A stretch of 64,000 nucleotides of DNA from Eledone cirrhosa (lineage: Eukaryota). How positions within the stretch are numbered: position 1 is the first letter of the stretch; every line of letters begins with the position of its first letter. Positions 26,465 through 38,898 of this stretch are shown here, in pieces. The stretch is taken from positions 45,756,001-45,820,000 of the forward strand of contig OZ024743.1 of the NCBI GenBank assembly GCA_964016885.1. The letters run 5' to 3'. The translations under genes were made by a program, and so were the position numbers. Under the pieces are notes generated by a model. It searched no databases, was not told where the DNA came from, and worked only from the letters and a program-made list of their open reading frames with translations.

Positions 26465-27669
26465 CACTTGTTGATAGTGCAGTTTTAAATCAACATATGA
26501 AAAGTTGTTTTAGATTGATGTGTGATATTGGGAAAAATATTTTATTTAGAGAGGGGGGGAGAGAAAAGGATGAAAAGGGAAGGAGATGAGAGGGAGAGAT
26601 GGGTGATAGAGAGAAAGAGATAGTTTTTATAACAGAGAGGAGATATATTTTATATAGAGGGGTTGAAAGCCGTTGGAAGATACTGTATAAATTAAAAATT
26701 TTTGAAAATTAACGAAGGGAGGATATGTGCGAGGAAAAAAAAAAATATATTATATTTAGGGAGGGGTGGGGGTGGAAAGGATGAAAAAAAGGGGAGGAGA
26801 TGAGAGTGAAGGTGGAAAGGGAGAGATGGGTGATAGAGAGAAAGAGATAGTTTTTATAACTGAGAAAAAGATATAATGTTTTAATATAGAGAGGTTGGGA
26901 ACCGTTGGAAGATAATGTATAAATTAAAGGAATTTGAAAATTAACGAAGGGAAATTATGTATGGAGATAGAGAGAAAAAAATAACGAAGGGAGATTATGT
27001 ATGGAGATAGAGAGAAAAAAAATAATAATTGTGGGTGAATATTCAAAAGGAGAAATGTAGGAATCTTAAAATTAGCAAAGAGAAAATGTTTATGTATAGG
27101 ATTTGAGAAAAATAATGTAAAGTTAAAGTTTTTATATTGAATTCATATGTATTAATAATGAGTTCGTTGATGGGGAGAAAAAAATAATAATAAATTAAGG
27201 ATGAAATTGAGATTAAAAAGATTTATGATAGAGAGAAAAAAATAATAATGATTGCGGATGAATACTCAAAATGTCAAAAACAAATGTTATTGTTTTACGA
27301 AGAGATATAATGAGGGTGATGAGTAAACGGGTATTATAGAGTGTATAATGCCCTTTAAAGTAAGGTAGATGGGTATATTTTAAAGAATATATGAGTATAT
27401 ATTAAAAAAATATATAATAATAAATTAAGGATGAAATTGAGATTAAAAAGATTTATGATAGAGGGAAAAAAAATAATGATTGCGGATGAATATTCAAAAT
27501 GTCAAAAACAAATGTTATTGTTTTACGAGAAGATAGGATGAGGTAAATGAATAAACGAGTACTATAGAGTGTATAATGCCCTTTAAAGTAAGGTAGATGG
27601 GTATATTTTAAAGAGGTGTATGTATATGTGCCTTTGAGAAAAGATTCTAAATTGATAAAGAATTGAATA

Positions 27670-29889
27670 TTAACTGTATACTTTGTGAAAAGTTCTATGG
27701 AATTTATGGAGGCAGATGGAAAACAAATCCGAGCGTCTATTTATTATGGATTCTAGGTTAGAGATAATGGTAAATTTTTCATTTAGGCAGAGATTACAGA
27801 TTTTAGATAGAGAACTGTTCAAGTACGAGGATGCAGAAGAAATCTTTTTCCAAAAGATGTTATATTTAATGTTTTTGTCTTTTAAGGACCATATGAGTTC
27901 TGAGAGAGCAGTGTTAGTTCTTTTAAGTTTGTATTTGAAAGATGAATGATGATTATAGAGACGAGCTTTAAAAGAGGTGGAAGTGGAGCCAAAATAGGTG
28001 AAGGAGTTGGTGCTAGTTATAATTTTACATTCATAAATTAAGTTTTTATCGAGGCAATGGTTGTTGAGAGGACATTTATTTTTAATGCGGCAGTTGCAAT
28101 TAGAGAGATTATTAATGAGTGATCTAGTGTTATCTATAGAAGGAATTGGATTGGAGAAGTTGTTTGCGATAGGAATAATAGGAATAATAGTTTCTTGATT
28201 TAGAGTTGGATTATGAACATTTAGCGAAGTTGTGTTTGACGTTGCATTTGGGTTTACAGAAGTTAGCCTAGGGTTTACAATGACGTCAGGAGTACTATTA
28301 TTGTTATTATGAGATTCAATATTGGAAGGAAGAGATTTAGTATTTAATATTTTGTTGTTGTGTTTAGAAATGATGTTGGAAATATTGGAGGATGTAGAAT
28401 ACGAAAATTTAATGGTGTGTTTGTTAAATATTTTACTATAGATATGTGAGGGAGGGAAGCATTTATTTAAGGCACTAAAAAATAATTTAGGAATATTGTT
28501 ATTAATAGAGATGGAGAAAGGAGCATTATACCAGATTATGTTTTTGTATCTAGGTCTTTTATTAAAATTATTGGAATGGTTATGATTAAATATTCTACTG
28601 TAAGTTTTCCTAGAATTTGTTTCTTTATTATATTTGATTTTATCTGGATAGCCAGCTTTAGAAAGTGCGTTATTATAGTAATTGGCGTTAGCATCAAAGA
28701 TGTTTTTATTAGAAGATATGTTAGATATTCTATTTCCAATATTATTAACTATAGCATTCTTGATATTGGTAGGATGGTTAGATTTAAAGTTAACATAATT
28801 AAGATTCTCATTGTTTTTATGGTAAGGGTAATATAGGCCAGTGTCAAGATTAAGAGATACATCCAAGAAATTAGCTAGTTTGGTACTATTATCAAATTCA
28901 ATTTTTAGGTTATGTTGGTTAAAGAGATTACGTATATTGTTCTTAATAATATTAAGTTTAACTATATTGCAATTTAGGATAGTAAAGAGTCCATCGTCAC
29001 GATAAATTCCACCGCGAAGTTGAGGAATTTTCCGACTCAAAGAGTTCAAAATGAAGATACCAATTAAATCAGTCAATTGGGATGAATCGGATGCTCCCAT
29101 TGTGATGTCGAAGTTGTTAGAGGTATCGGCTCTGGTCCAATATTCGTTGTTGAACTCTAGGATGGTTTTACGTGCGGTGAGGATGATGTGAAGTTCATCT
29201 GTGGTGATGTCAGAATATTTAAGTGCGAAAGATAGAGCATTATTGAGAAGTGAAGGCGAAATGGAGGAATAGTAGCTGGCAATATCGAATTGAATAAATT
29301 TTAGTTTGTTTTTATTATCCAATTTGTTGAACCAGCCAATCACTTCAGAAGTACCAAACCATAAATTTAGGTTTAAAGAAGAGCAATTAGAACTAACCTG
29401 TGGGATAATCCTATCCAAGATGGCTTTACTAACAACCCCCAGATCAGATTTAGAGGGGGCGATTAATCTAACAGGTAGTTCAGTGCGAAAATTGTTTTTG
29501 TGATCCTTGAGATTTATCCTCGGAGTTCTTGGGAGGAATGGTTCGGTCTTTTTTTCAATGCCAAGTTTTGACATAATCTCATAGGCTTCAAGGTTTATGC
29601 ATTCTAAATTTTCATGGTTGGTTTTACGATACTTTTTCCTAAGTTCCTTTAGGATAAGGTTGTTATAATTATCCTTGGAAATACCATATAGGTTATTGGT
29701 TTTGTCAGAGTGGACTAAAACATTTTTTGAGGAATTTAGGTTAGAGATTGTGTTCTTGAGATTTACAAGGTGCTCTTGTCCTTTGTAAGGGTATCTCTTG
29801 AATTTAAGATTTTTTATAATTTTAGTTAATTCTTCCTCGAATTGTGCTAGATTTTTGTTGGAAGGAGGATTTCGTCTGGAATTAAAAAG
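27670..29889 (-). CDS. PLE reverse transcriptase plus C-terminal GIY-YIG endonuclease (open up to the truncation point)
   Basis: SDKTNNLY, QFDIASYYSSI, ITMGASDS, IYRDDGL, NFLDVSL, YPYHK, SNHP, CNC-x5-CPLNNHC, LIYEC..YFGST, CNLCLNEK, CLHK. Confidence 0.92.
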   Translation of the reverse strand, partial: LFNSRRNPPSNKNLAQFEEELTKIIKNLKFKRYPYKGQEHLVNLKNTISNLNSSKNVLVHSDKTNNLYGISKDNYNNLILKELRKKYRKTNHENLECINLEAYEIMSKLGIEKKTEPFLPRTPRINLKDHKNNFRTELPVRLIAPSKSDLGVVSKAILDRIIPQVSSNCSSLNLNLWFGTSEVIGWFNKLDNKNKLKFIQFDIASYYSSISPSLLNNALSFALKYSDITTDELHIILTARKTILEFNNEYWTRADTSNNFDITMGASDSSQLTDLIGIFILNSLSRKIPQLRGGIYRDDGLFTILNCNIVKLNIIKNNIRNLFNQHNLKIEFDNSTKLANFLDVSLNLDTGLYYPYHKNNENLNYVNFKSNHPTNIKNAIVNNIGNRISNISSNKNIFDANANYYNNALSKAGYPDKIKYNKETNSRKTYSRIFNHNHSNNFNKRPRYKNIIWYNAPFSISINNNIPKLFFSALNKCFPPSHIYSKIFNKHTIKFSYSTSSNISNIISKHNNKILNTKSLPSNIESHNNNNSTPDVIVNPRLTSVNPNATSNTTSLNVHNPTLNQETIIPIIPIANNFSNPIPSIDNTRSLINNLSNCNCRIKNKCPLNNHCLDKNLIYECKIITSTNSFTYFGSTSTSFKARLYNHHSSFKYKLKRTNTALSELIWSLKDKNIKYNIFWKKISSASSYLNSSLSKICNLCLNEKFTIISNLESIINRRSDLFSICLHKFHRTFHKVYS

Positions 29890-31184
29890 ATATAAATTCC
29901 ATAGAACTTTTCACAAAGTATACAGTTAATATTCAATTCTTTATCAATTTAGAATCTTTTCTCAAAGGCACATATACATACACCTCTTTAAAATATACCC
30001 ATCTACCTTACTTTAAAGGGCATTATACACTCTATAGTACTCGTTTATTCATTTACCTCATCCTATCTTCTCGTAAAACAATAACATTTGTTTTTGACAT
30101 TTTGAATATTCATCCGCAATCATTATTTTTTTTCCCTCTATCATAAATCTTTTTAATCTCAATTTCATCCTTAATTTATTATTATATATTTTTTTAATAT
30201 ATACTCATATATTCTTTAAAATATACCCATCTACCTTACTTTAAAGGGCATTATACACTCTATAATACCCGTTTACTCATCACCCTCATTATATCTCTTC
30301 GTAAAACAATAACATTTGTTTTTGACATTTTGAGTATTCATCCGCAATCATTATTATTTTTTTCTCTCTATCATAAATCTTTTTAATCTCAATTTCATCC
30401 TTAATTTATTATTATTTTTTTCTCCCCATCAACGAACTCATTATTAATACATATGAATTCAATATAAAAACTTTAACTTTACATTATTTTTCTCAAATCC
30501 TATACATAAACATTTTCTCTTTGCTAATTTTAAGATTCCTACATTTCTCCTTTTGAATATTCACCCACAATTATTATTTTTTTTTCTCTCTATCTCCATA
30601 CATAATCTCCCTTCGTTATTTTTTTCTCTCTATCTCCATACATAATTTCCCTTCGTTAATTTTCAAATTCCTTTAATTTATACATTATCTTCCAACGGTT
30701 CCCAACCTCTCTATATTAAAACATTATATCTTTTTCTCAGTTATAAAAACTATCTCTTTCTCTCTATCACCCATCTCTCCCTTTCCACCTTCACTCTCAT
30801 CTCCTCCCCTTTTTTTCATCCTTTCCACCCCCACCCCTCCCTAAATATAATATTTTTTTTTTTTTTCCTCGCACATATCCTCCCTTCGTTAATTTTCAAA
30901 AATTTTTAATTTATACAGTATCTTCCAACGGCTTTCAACCCCTCTATATAAAATATATCTCCTCTCTGTTATAAAAACTATCTCTTTCTCTCTATCACCC
31001 ATCTCTCCCTCTCATCTCCTTCCCTTTTCATCCTTTTCTCTCCCCCCCTCTCTAAATAAAATATTTTTCCCAATATCACACATCAATCTAAAACAACTTT
31101 TCATATGTTGATTTAAAACTGCACTATCAACAAGTGTTTTTTTTTTTTTTTTTTTTTTTTTAGCCTTCATATCATGTTCTCCTG

Positions 31185-31251
31185 TTTTATCTGATGAAAA
31201 CACAAATATTATTGTTTGATGATGTTTGTTTTTGAAATGCGCATAATAAAA
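31185..31251 (+). ncRNA. Type I hammerhead ribozyme (right arm); predicted cleavage after 31245
   Basis: ttttat-CTGATGA-long stem II-GAAA-tgcgca-TA-ataaaa. Confidence 0.85.
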
Positions 31252-31399
31252 TATATTGAACTCCTTTAACCATCTTTTGATCTTATATTATGCATACTCC
31301 AGTCCCACAAACTGTAGAGTGCTTCTTATCCGATATCTGCATTGCTTTATTGTACTACAATAAAACTCACCTCCTACATATATATATATATATATTTAT

Positions 31400-31659
31400 A
31401 TTGAAATAAAATAACAAGGACGATTATTTACTCCTTCAATACGTTTATTGGTTGGTGACGCACGTTTCGCCACTGATCAGGTCAAGGTTTGATCTGTATC
31501 GATCTATTCCGACTCTTAATCCGCGGTTCGTCAGAATGGTAATGTTATTTTATTTCACTATAATACACTCTGTCTAACTCTACACCTCGACACTGAAGTG
31601 AACCTAAACATCGAGTGCTCACCCGGGTGAACCTACAGTAACTCCAAGTTACACTCCCT

Positions 31660-31662
<3 letters not shown>
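31400..31662. mobile_element. Two-armed mini PLE with hammerhead core on the minus arm (~31450-31540)
   Basis: Minus: CTGACGA..GAAA-cgtgcg-TC..tgttattttatttca; plus arm restarts at tgttattttatttca and carries the cactc..gagtgc tail. Confidence 0.7.
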
Positions 31663-31690
<28 letters not shown>

Positions 31691-31696
<6 letters not shown>

Positions 31697-31835
31697 AATT
31701 AAAATGAAGAATTAGAAATAGAAGCCAGGACTATCCATCATCAGTGGTCTACTAGCTATCATAGGTATTTCTTCGCAACCACTGATGATGGATAGTCCTG
31801 GCTTTTATTTCTAATTCTTCATTTTAATTTGTATA
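31691..31835. repeat. 57-bp inverted repeat centred on a defective hammerhead
   Basis: Arms 31691-31748 and 31779-31835; cca-CTGATGA-tggatagtcc-tgg with no GAAA/stem III. Confidence 0.75.
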
Positions 31836-32553
31836 TCACATTTCCAATCACATTTATATATCACATTTGTATATCACATTTGTATATTACTATGTTCGTA
31901 TAGTACTATATGAACATACCAGACAACAACACGACGGTAACATAGACAACATAGAAATTAGAATAATATCTAAACATAGAAATGACCCAGCAGAGAGGCC
32001 AGTGAAATAGAACTTAGAAGGCCAAGGCTAAACAGAAAAAATGAATGGAATAACAACACCCAAACAAACAATACTGACCTAAGAGAAGTATAAATAAATA
32101 AATAAATACATACACAAGCACAATAACAACAAACACATATAAACACACACTAGTAAACTAAGATAGAATACAGTAACCAATACACAGTCACCCAAACACG
32201 AACACACATCAAACACTTCACACACGCGCAAACGCATGCGCAGAGAAGACAAAAACAAATAATAAATAAACAGACTAAATAAAGATGGCGTAGGCATACA
32301 ATACAACAGGAGGAAACATAATAGCACCACTGACGATGTTGCAGATGTGCAACGAAAGAACTTTGTTAGACTATCTATATGTGTTTGTGTCTATATTGTA
32401 TCTGTATTTTTGACCGTTGGTCAGTCAATGGTAACATTGAGGACCGAATAAATTAAATTAACCGATATAAAAGACACAGAAGCGAAAACCAACCAAGCAG
32501 TGAGTGTGTTCTGTTATTAATTCTGGCAATATTATTACACAAATGTGACCCTC

Positions 32554-32656
<103 letters not shown>

Positions 32657-32749
32657 AATACTGCGTGGTTGCACATGGGTTACATATGATAAAAATAGTC
32701 CTTCATCAGTGATTTATATATATATATATATACAGAGAGAGAGAGATAT

Positions 32750-33025
32750 ATCTATTGTCTTAGCCTGATCTCCGTGTGTCTAGTGTGCTCTACTGACTAC
32801 AAGTAGCTGGGGATATATGTCCGTGTTTTATTGACGGGCGTAAGAGTGAGTACTCAATACTGAAGTAAAGTTTAAATATTCTTTATTATAGCTGAGTGGG
32901 GAGTTTTATTACTCTGGAGTTTCACCTGGGCACTCATAGTAACATAAGAGTCTTGTCTGCTGATCCAGCGCGAACACAGGTGAAACTTCAGAGTAACAAG
33001 ACTCACCACTTAGCCCTAATAGAAT
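32750..33025. mobile_element. Fold-back mini PLE with hammerhead at 32948-33004 (+)
   Basis: gagtcttgt-CTGCTGA-..-GAAA-cttcagag-TA-acaagactc (9-bp stem I, core A6 to C); 32884-32928 is an imperfect inverted copy that continues into a gagtac-containing tail. Confidence 0.75.
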
Positions 33026-34265
33026 ATATATATGTGTGTGTGTGTATGTGTGCGTGTGTGTGTGTGTGTTCATAAATATACATTTTTTTTTATAAATTAT
33101 TAAAATCGTATGTATTCTACTCTCTTCTTAATGAGTTTAATTATTTTTAATATTCGTATAACTATTAATTTATCTTCATTATCTGAACGATTCCAAAAAT
33201 GTACTCGTAGACTATTTCTCAGACGTTTAAGTGAATTAATAAACATGATACTTCATTTATATATGGGGATTTAAAGCCACGGGAAACCACTGGAATACAC
33301 AGGAATACACGTTGATGTTTTTCCTTGAGCTATTCTTCTAGGCAGTTATTTGCAAAGATAATGATGATTTTTCAATGGCTATTTAAAATGATATTATTAT
33401 CAACATATCATTATCATGGTGAATGAATATTTGATGTTTAATATTTGCAGTGTCTTACCGTGTTTTATCTTATGTTTTTATCGAAATAGCATTTTCACCA
33501 TAACACCTCACCTCGTCTAAATTTCTCACAATTCCGTCAATCCATCATTCTGGGCAGGTATTATATTTTATCGACCCCCCTCCCCCACCTCGAAACGTTA
33601 GAAGTAAAGACGAGTTCTGTTGAATTTGAACTCAGAACCCAAAGATCAAATAGAACAAGATAATTTCCCCAAGGTCTAACGACTCTGTCAATTCATTGCC
33701 TATGTTTGTAGGGAACTTGACGAACGCCGATCACAAGCTGAACAAAACCCCATGTAATATATTACGACTATCCATCTAGTTATGAACCCTGAGCTGCTGT
33801 TGGAACCGTAGGAGCATTATCACGACATATATCGTTTCTTGACTATCAAAATTTAGTGAAGCCCATCTCGCTCCAATATTGACAGAGTTAGAGTGAGTGG
33901 CACAGATAGAGACATGAAGAAGAATCAACCCCAGTACTAGACTGGCACTTTACTTATTGATCCTTAAGGAATGAAATGCAAAACTGATCCCGACTAGATT
34001 TGAACTTAGAAAGCAGTGATTCTGAACGAATGCCGCAAAACATTCTATCCAACGTTAAAACAATTCTGACACTTCAATGCCTTACCATACCATCACAGAA
34101 TTACAAATTACAAAATTACTCCAATACCAAAAGAATTGATTGGCAGCTTTGGAATAAGTTACATCTTACTTGATCAAAGTAATTAACGTAAATGGTTTTC
34201 AAACAATGTACATAGGCCGAATTCTCGAATTTTTAAGCGGTGAGAATATATATATATATATTTAT

Positions 34266-34338
<73 letters not shown>

Positions 34339-34339
<1 letters not shown>

Positions 34340-34580
34340 CAAAAGGGATATTCAATTTGTTGGTAATTCAACAAATATAAATGTTTATAACTGATTCAGA
34401 GCACTCGACATGTTTTCTGGAGTATAATATACAATGATATTAAATAAATGGAAACTATATTTATAAAACCATATTTATTATATTATATATATTTCAAGAG
34501 TACCAAAATGTTGGTACCCTTGAAATATATATAATAGAATAAATATGGTTTTATAAATATAGTTTCCATTTATTTAATAT

Positions 34581-34586
<6 letters not shown>
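34339..34586. mobile_element. Fold-back mini PLE, family A relative
   Basis: Palindrome centred on gtaccaa-aatg-ttggtac (~34509); left arm extended by ~90 nt with tactcc..gagtgc on the minus strand. Confidence 0.8.
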
Positions 34587-34618
<32 letters not shown>

Positions 34619-34696
34619 CTTGGGAGCTCTCTCTCTCTCTCCCTCTATGTATATATATATATATATATATATACATAGAGGGAGAGAGAGAGAGAG

Positions 34697-35584
34697 CTCC
34701 CAAGTAAACTCTCACAACCCAGTGACGTAGCTACTACGAGACGAGTAAAAGCTGCCTCTAAAAAAGGGCCAGACTCCGCGGGTTTGACAAAGTACTAGGA
34801 TGGTGACTGGCGCGAATAAAACCACTAAAATTGAAAAACTGCAATATAATGAGAACCATACCGCATCATCCTTTTCGCGGGTTAATAAGGGATGCGTTCA
34901 GGCCTTAGGTAGAGGGGCCTGATCAAAAGATATATTGCAGTCTACATTCATGCTCCAAAAACTAGCCGTGAGCCTGCGACTTGTCCTGGGGCGTATAGAA
35001 TGGACGAACAAAGATTGCGTATCTCCAGAACCCAAAGAGGGTTCGGAAGGGAGAAAACTGTAACAGTTGGAACCTGGAACATCACAACGCTTACAGGTAA
35101 TGAGCAGGAACTAATGGAGGAGGCTAGATAATCGGAGTTTCCTCAACAAAGTTCCGTGGATCTGATACTGTAGATTTGGATGGAGGATGGAAATTCCACT
35201 ATTCAGGTGTGGTGCCAGAAATTACTGCAGAGGTGGGAGTGGGGATACTCACAACTCTCCATCTGTCAGAATGTGTTATGGACGGGATCTTGTTAGGAGG
35301 GAGGATTTTCCTCTTGAAGCTTAGGCTGAAAGATAGGTTTCTGTGGATGGTGTAAGTTTATGTACCAAACAAGGAGTCCGAATACAGATCCTTCCTTGAT
35401 GAAATCACTGCAGAGTTAGATGTAAAAACTAAATCATATATCCTAATGAGAGACTTCAATGCACATGTTGACACTGACCAGCTGACATGGAAAGGAGTGA
35501 TTGGAAGGAATGGTGACAACGATCTAAATACGAATGGAGAGCCCTCATTACACTTCTGTTATAGCAATGGACTCTCTATTATGT
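34697..35584 (+). mobile_element. 5' part of an RTE-clade LINE (5' UTR and decayed APE endonuclease)
   Basis: TVGTWNITTLTG.EQELMEEA..GVSSTK..GWKFHYSG..GVGIL..VYVPN..DFNAHV..GVIGRNG..NTNG with stops and indels. Confidence 0.8.
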
Positions 35585-36695
35585 AGGTGTAGACCCCGAG
35601 CAAAGGGGTTGGATAATATCTCTGAACTTGGCTTGTCTCGCTTGAGGATCCAGCCAGATCAGTTTTCCCTCTTTTAGGGGTCTTCACCTTATTATATAAG
35701 CTATTTTATATCGTATCTATGTGCTTGGGCACACCACCCTTTAAACTTATATATGTAAATTGTATTGTTTCATCTGATATAGTCAATATAGTGGGAAATA
35801 TATGTCAGAAAAAGCAATCTACATACACGTGTGCTGTTAACGTGAATCTCGGAGAGATCCAATGTGACACAATCTGTGACAAGGCTGATCTTTTGAATTA
35901 CAGGTACAGTTCATCCGACTGGCTTCCACGCAGTATCCGTGTATTCAATTCATACATACAAGGCTTGGGTCGATCCGAGTCTATGGCAAATTCAACTTTC
36001 CTAAGACGTCAAGCAGGGAGATCGACTTCAATCCATTGTGAGACGAATGTCCTCACCATTTGGTCATGCTACGTCTACAATGAAACTACACTTAATTCAT
36101 GATAATTTGAAAGAAATTATTCCGTGTGCTACGAATATAAGAAAAGGAAAATTGTTTGCTATTTAGTAGTGTTTACAAAAACAAAAGGACAGTTTTTGTT
36201 TATTCGTAATTTGTATATTTTTTCTAGCTGACAGAATTTTGTAAACTATGCAAATAGGTTTTCTTTGGAATTCAGCTTTTACCTTGGTCCAGTTATAGTG
36301 ACCTTTACATGAGAACTCTCAAGTCGTCTGAGATGGTACTATGTGATGACAAATACTATAGTAGTAAAGCTGGGCTGGGCTGTTTGGTTTGCGAGGTAAA
36401 TCATGAAGTGGAAGACAGTAAATTGCTCTAATTATGTCAGGAGTTTTTGTGTAGTATGATCGAAGATGCTGGGTCAGCATAAACCATGTGACATGAAGAA
36501 ACGGTAACAGATTCAGATATCAACACAACACCAATAAATATAAAAGTAAAAGAATAACAATAGGCTATATTCAAGATTGAATTCCTAATTGCTCTTAAGA
36601 GAAATAAAAATGTATTCAGAAAAGGCGGAAAAAATAGTATATGATTATTTTTTCCAATGAGTTTGTGTGTATATATATGTGCGCATATGTGTGTG

Positions 36696-36780
<85 letters not shown>

Positions 36781-37134
36781 GGAGAGAGAGAGATAGGGGA
36801 GGGAGTGTGTGTGTGAGAGAGAAAGAGAGAGAGAGATATAGAAAGAAAGAGACAGAGGGAGAGAGAGAGAGAGAGAGAGATTTGTGTAGATAAATAGATA
36901 GGCAGATATGCTTATATTGCTGAAGTTCAGTATTATTCCTAATATCTCTCAACATTTTCTTTCTTCCTAGCTTTAATTCAATTTAATAACCTACAGCTGA
37001 ACCTATTTTCTATGGTTCTTATTTGGTTAGATACTCGACTATTGTATCTATATTGATGCGTTCAGCAATAGAGTTATCTTCCTCAATTATAGAATTGTAG
37101 GGGGCCTATACCGATTTTATTATATTTACTGGAG

Positions 37135-37512
37135 GATGGTGAATTGGCAGTATCAGTAGGGAGTTGGACGCCATGCTTTCTAGTATAGTTACGTCCCTTT
37201 ACGGTCTGAGTTCAAATTCCGTCGAGGTTAACTTTGGCTTTCATCCTTACGGGGTCGATAAAATAAAGTACCAGTAATACACTTGGATAATTTCTGCCCC
37301 TGTGTCAAAAGTAAAAACAATTATATGTAAAAATAGAGCGGTGAATTGGCAGTATCGGTAGAGGGTCGGACATGCTGTCTAGTATAGTTACGTACCTTTA
37401 CGATCTGAGTTCAACTCCCACCAAGGTTAACTTTGCCCTTCATCCTTACGGGGTCAATAACATAAAGTACCAGTAATGTACTGGATAATTGTGACAACAG
37501 TAGAAACAATTA
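37135..37512 (+). mobile_element. Two tandem SINE S1 copies (others: 17530-17700 +, 18933-19042 -, 33555-33700 -, 33930-34085 -, 40175-40562 +, 49200-49390 -, 52543-52655 +)
   Basis: ggtgaattggcagtatc head, gagttcaa B-box, S1 core and tail. Confidence 0.8.
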
Positions 37513-38200
37513 TATGAAAAATTCATATACATGCAACTATAATCTATCAAAAGACATTATAGAATCTAGAATTGATATTACGTATCAAGGTATATAATAT
37601 TCACTTATAGATTTAATATATTAACTCTCTAACTTCTCATTTGCTTAAAGGAATTTTACAAATTTCATATAAAATGGCTTCTATATAGCTGACTATTTAT
37701 AAGTTATTTAGATAATAAATTTATTCACGAACTATTACGGGTGAATGGCTTATAAGGGGAAACAGCAGAGTTTGGTTGGAAAGAAATTAAACACTCATTC
37801 TACGTCGATAAGAAAACAAAATATATTCACATACACACATAAATACACACACACATACATACACCCACACACATACACAAACACACACACACACACGCAC
37901 ACAAACACACACACGCACACATACATGCGCACACATACACACACACAAACTAACATACACGCGCGTGCACACACACAAATATGTTTATGTATATATATAT
38001 ATGTGTGTGGGGGGGGGGGTGTATTTGTATGTGTATGCATATGCATATATATATATATATATATATATACATACCATATCAATGGATATTGCCAGATACT
38101 TTATCGATTATTTTCTATGGTAATATGAATATGTATGGCTGTTGATGTGTACCTAGAAACAAACGAACACAACACACACACACACACACACACAAACACA

Positions 38201-38263
<63 letters not shown>

Positions 38264-38417
38264 CATATTGTGTGACATATTCACATATAAAATTTAATGA
38301 CATCTTACAAGATTCTTTCAAATTATATTTCCTTCCCTATCTTTTAATTGGAAACTAAATTACACATAAATATTTGACAACACAATTTTATAGTGGCAAT
38401 ATATGTGTATATATGTG

Positions 38418-38448
<31 letters not shown>

Positions 38449-38514
38449 TCACATATATATACATATATAGATATAGATATAGATATATGTATATATATAT
38501 ATATATATATATGT

Positions 38515-38545
<31 letters not shown>

Positions 38546-38661
38546 TGTGTATACATATATACATATATATATATATGTGTGTGTGTGTGTGTACATATAT
38601 ATATGTGTATATATATAAATGAAAGGTATAGAAAATATTGTAGATATATATATACATATAC

Positions 38662-38699
<38 letters not shown>

Positions 38700-38780
38700 A
38701 CATATATACATATATACATATATGTATATATATACATATATATATATATATGTGTGTGTGTGTACATATATACATATATG

Positions 38781-38898
<118 letters not shown>

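Larger units (their letters stand above)
26306..31378 (-). mobile_element. Young Naiad-type Penelope-like element, 5' truncated, with a 1.4-kb inverted copy of its 3' end
   Basis: 26306-27707 is the reverse complement of 29892-31291 (differences seen only in homopolymer lengths); right arm has ~87-nt extension; (TA)n both sides. Confidence 0.92.

Noticed and set aside
27670-31378. Selenocysteine recoding, reported for some Naiad elements
   Set aside because: No in-frame TGA in this ORF; the stops in the 50525-50960 remnant are TAG and TAA; no SECIS identified by eye
33711-33758. Possible short exon (tttgtag|..|gtaata) reading ELDERRSQAEQNP
   Set aside because: Weak donor, no partner exons, no recognisable protein; similar weak candidates at ~18555 and ~39475 were also dropped
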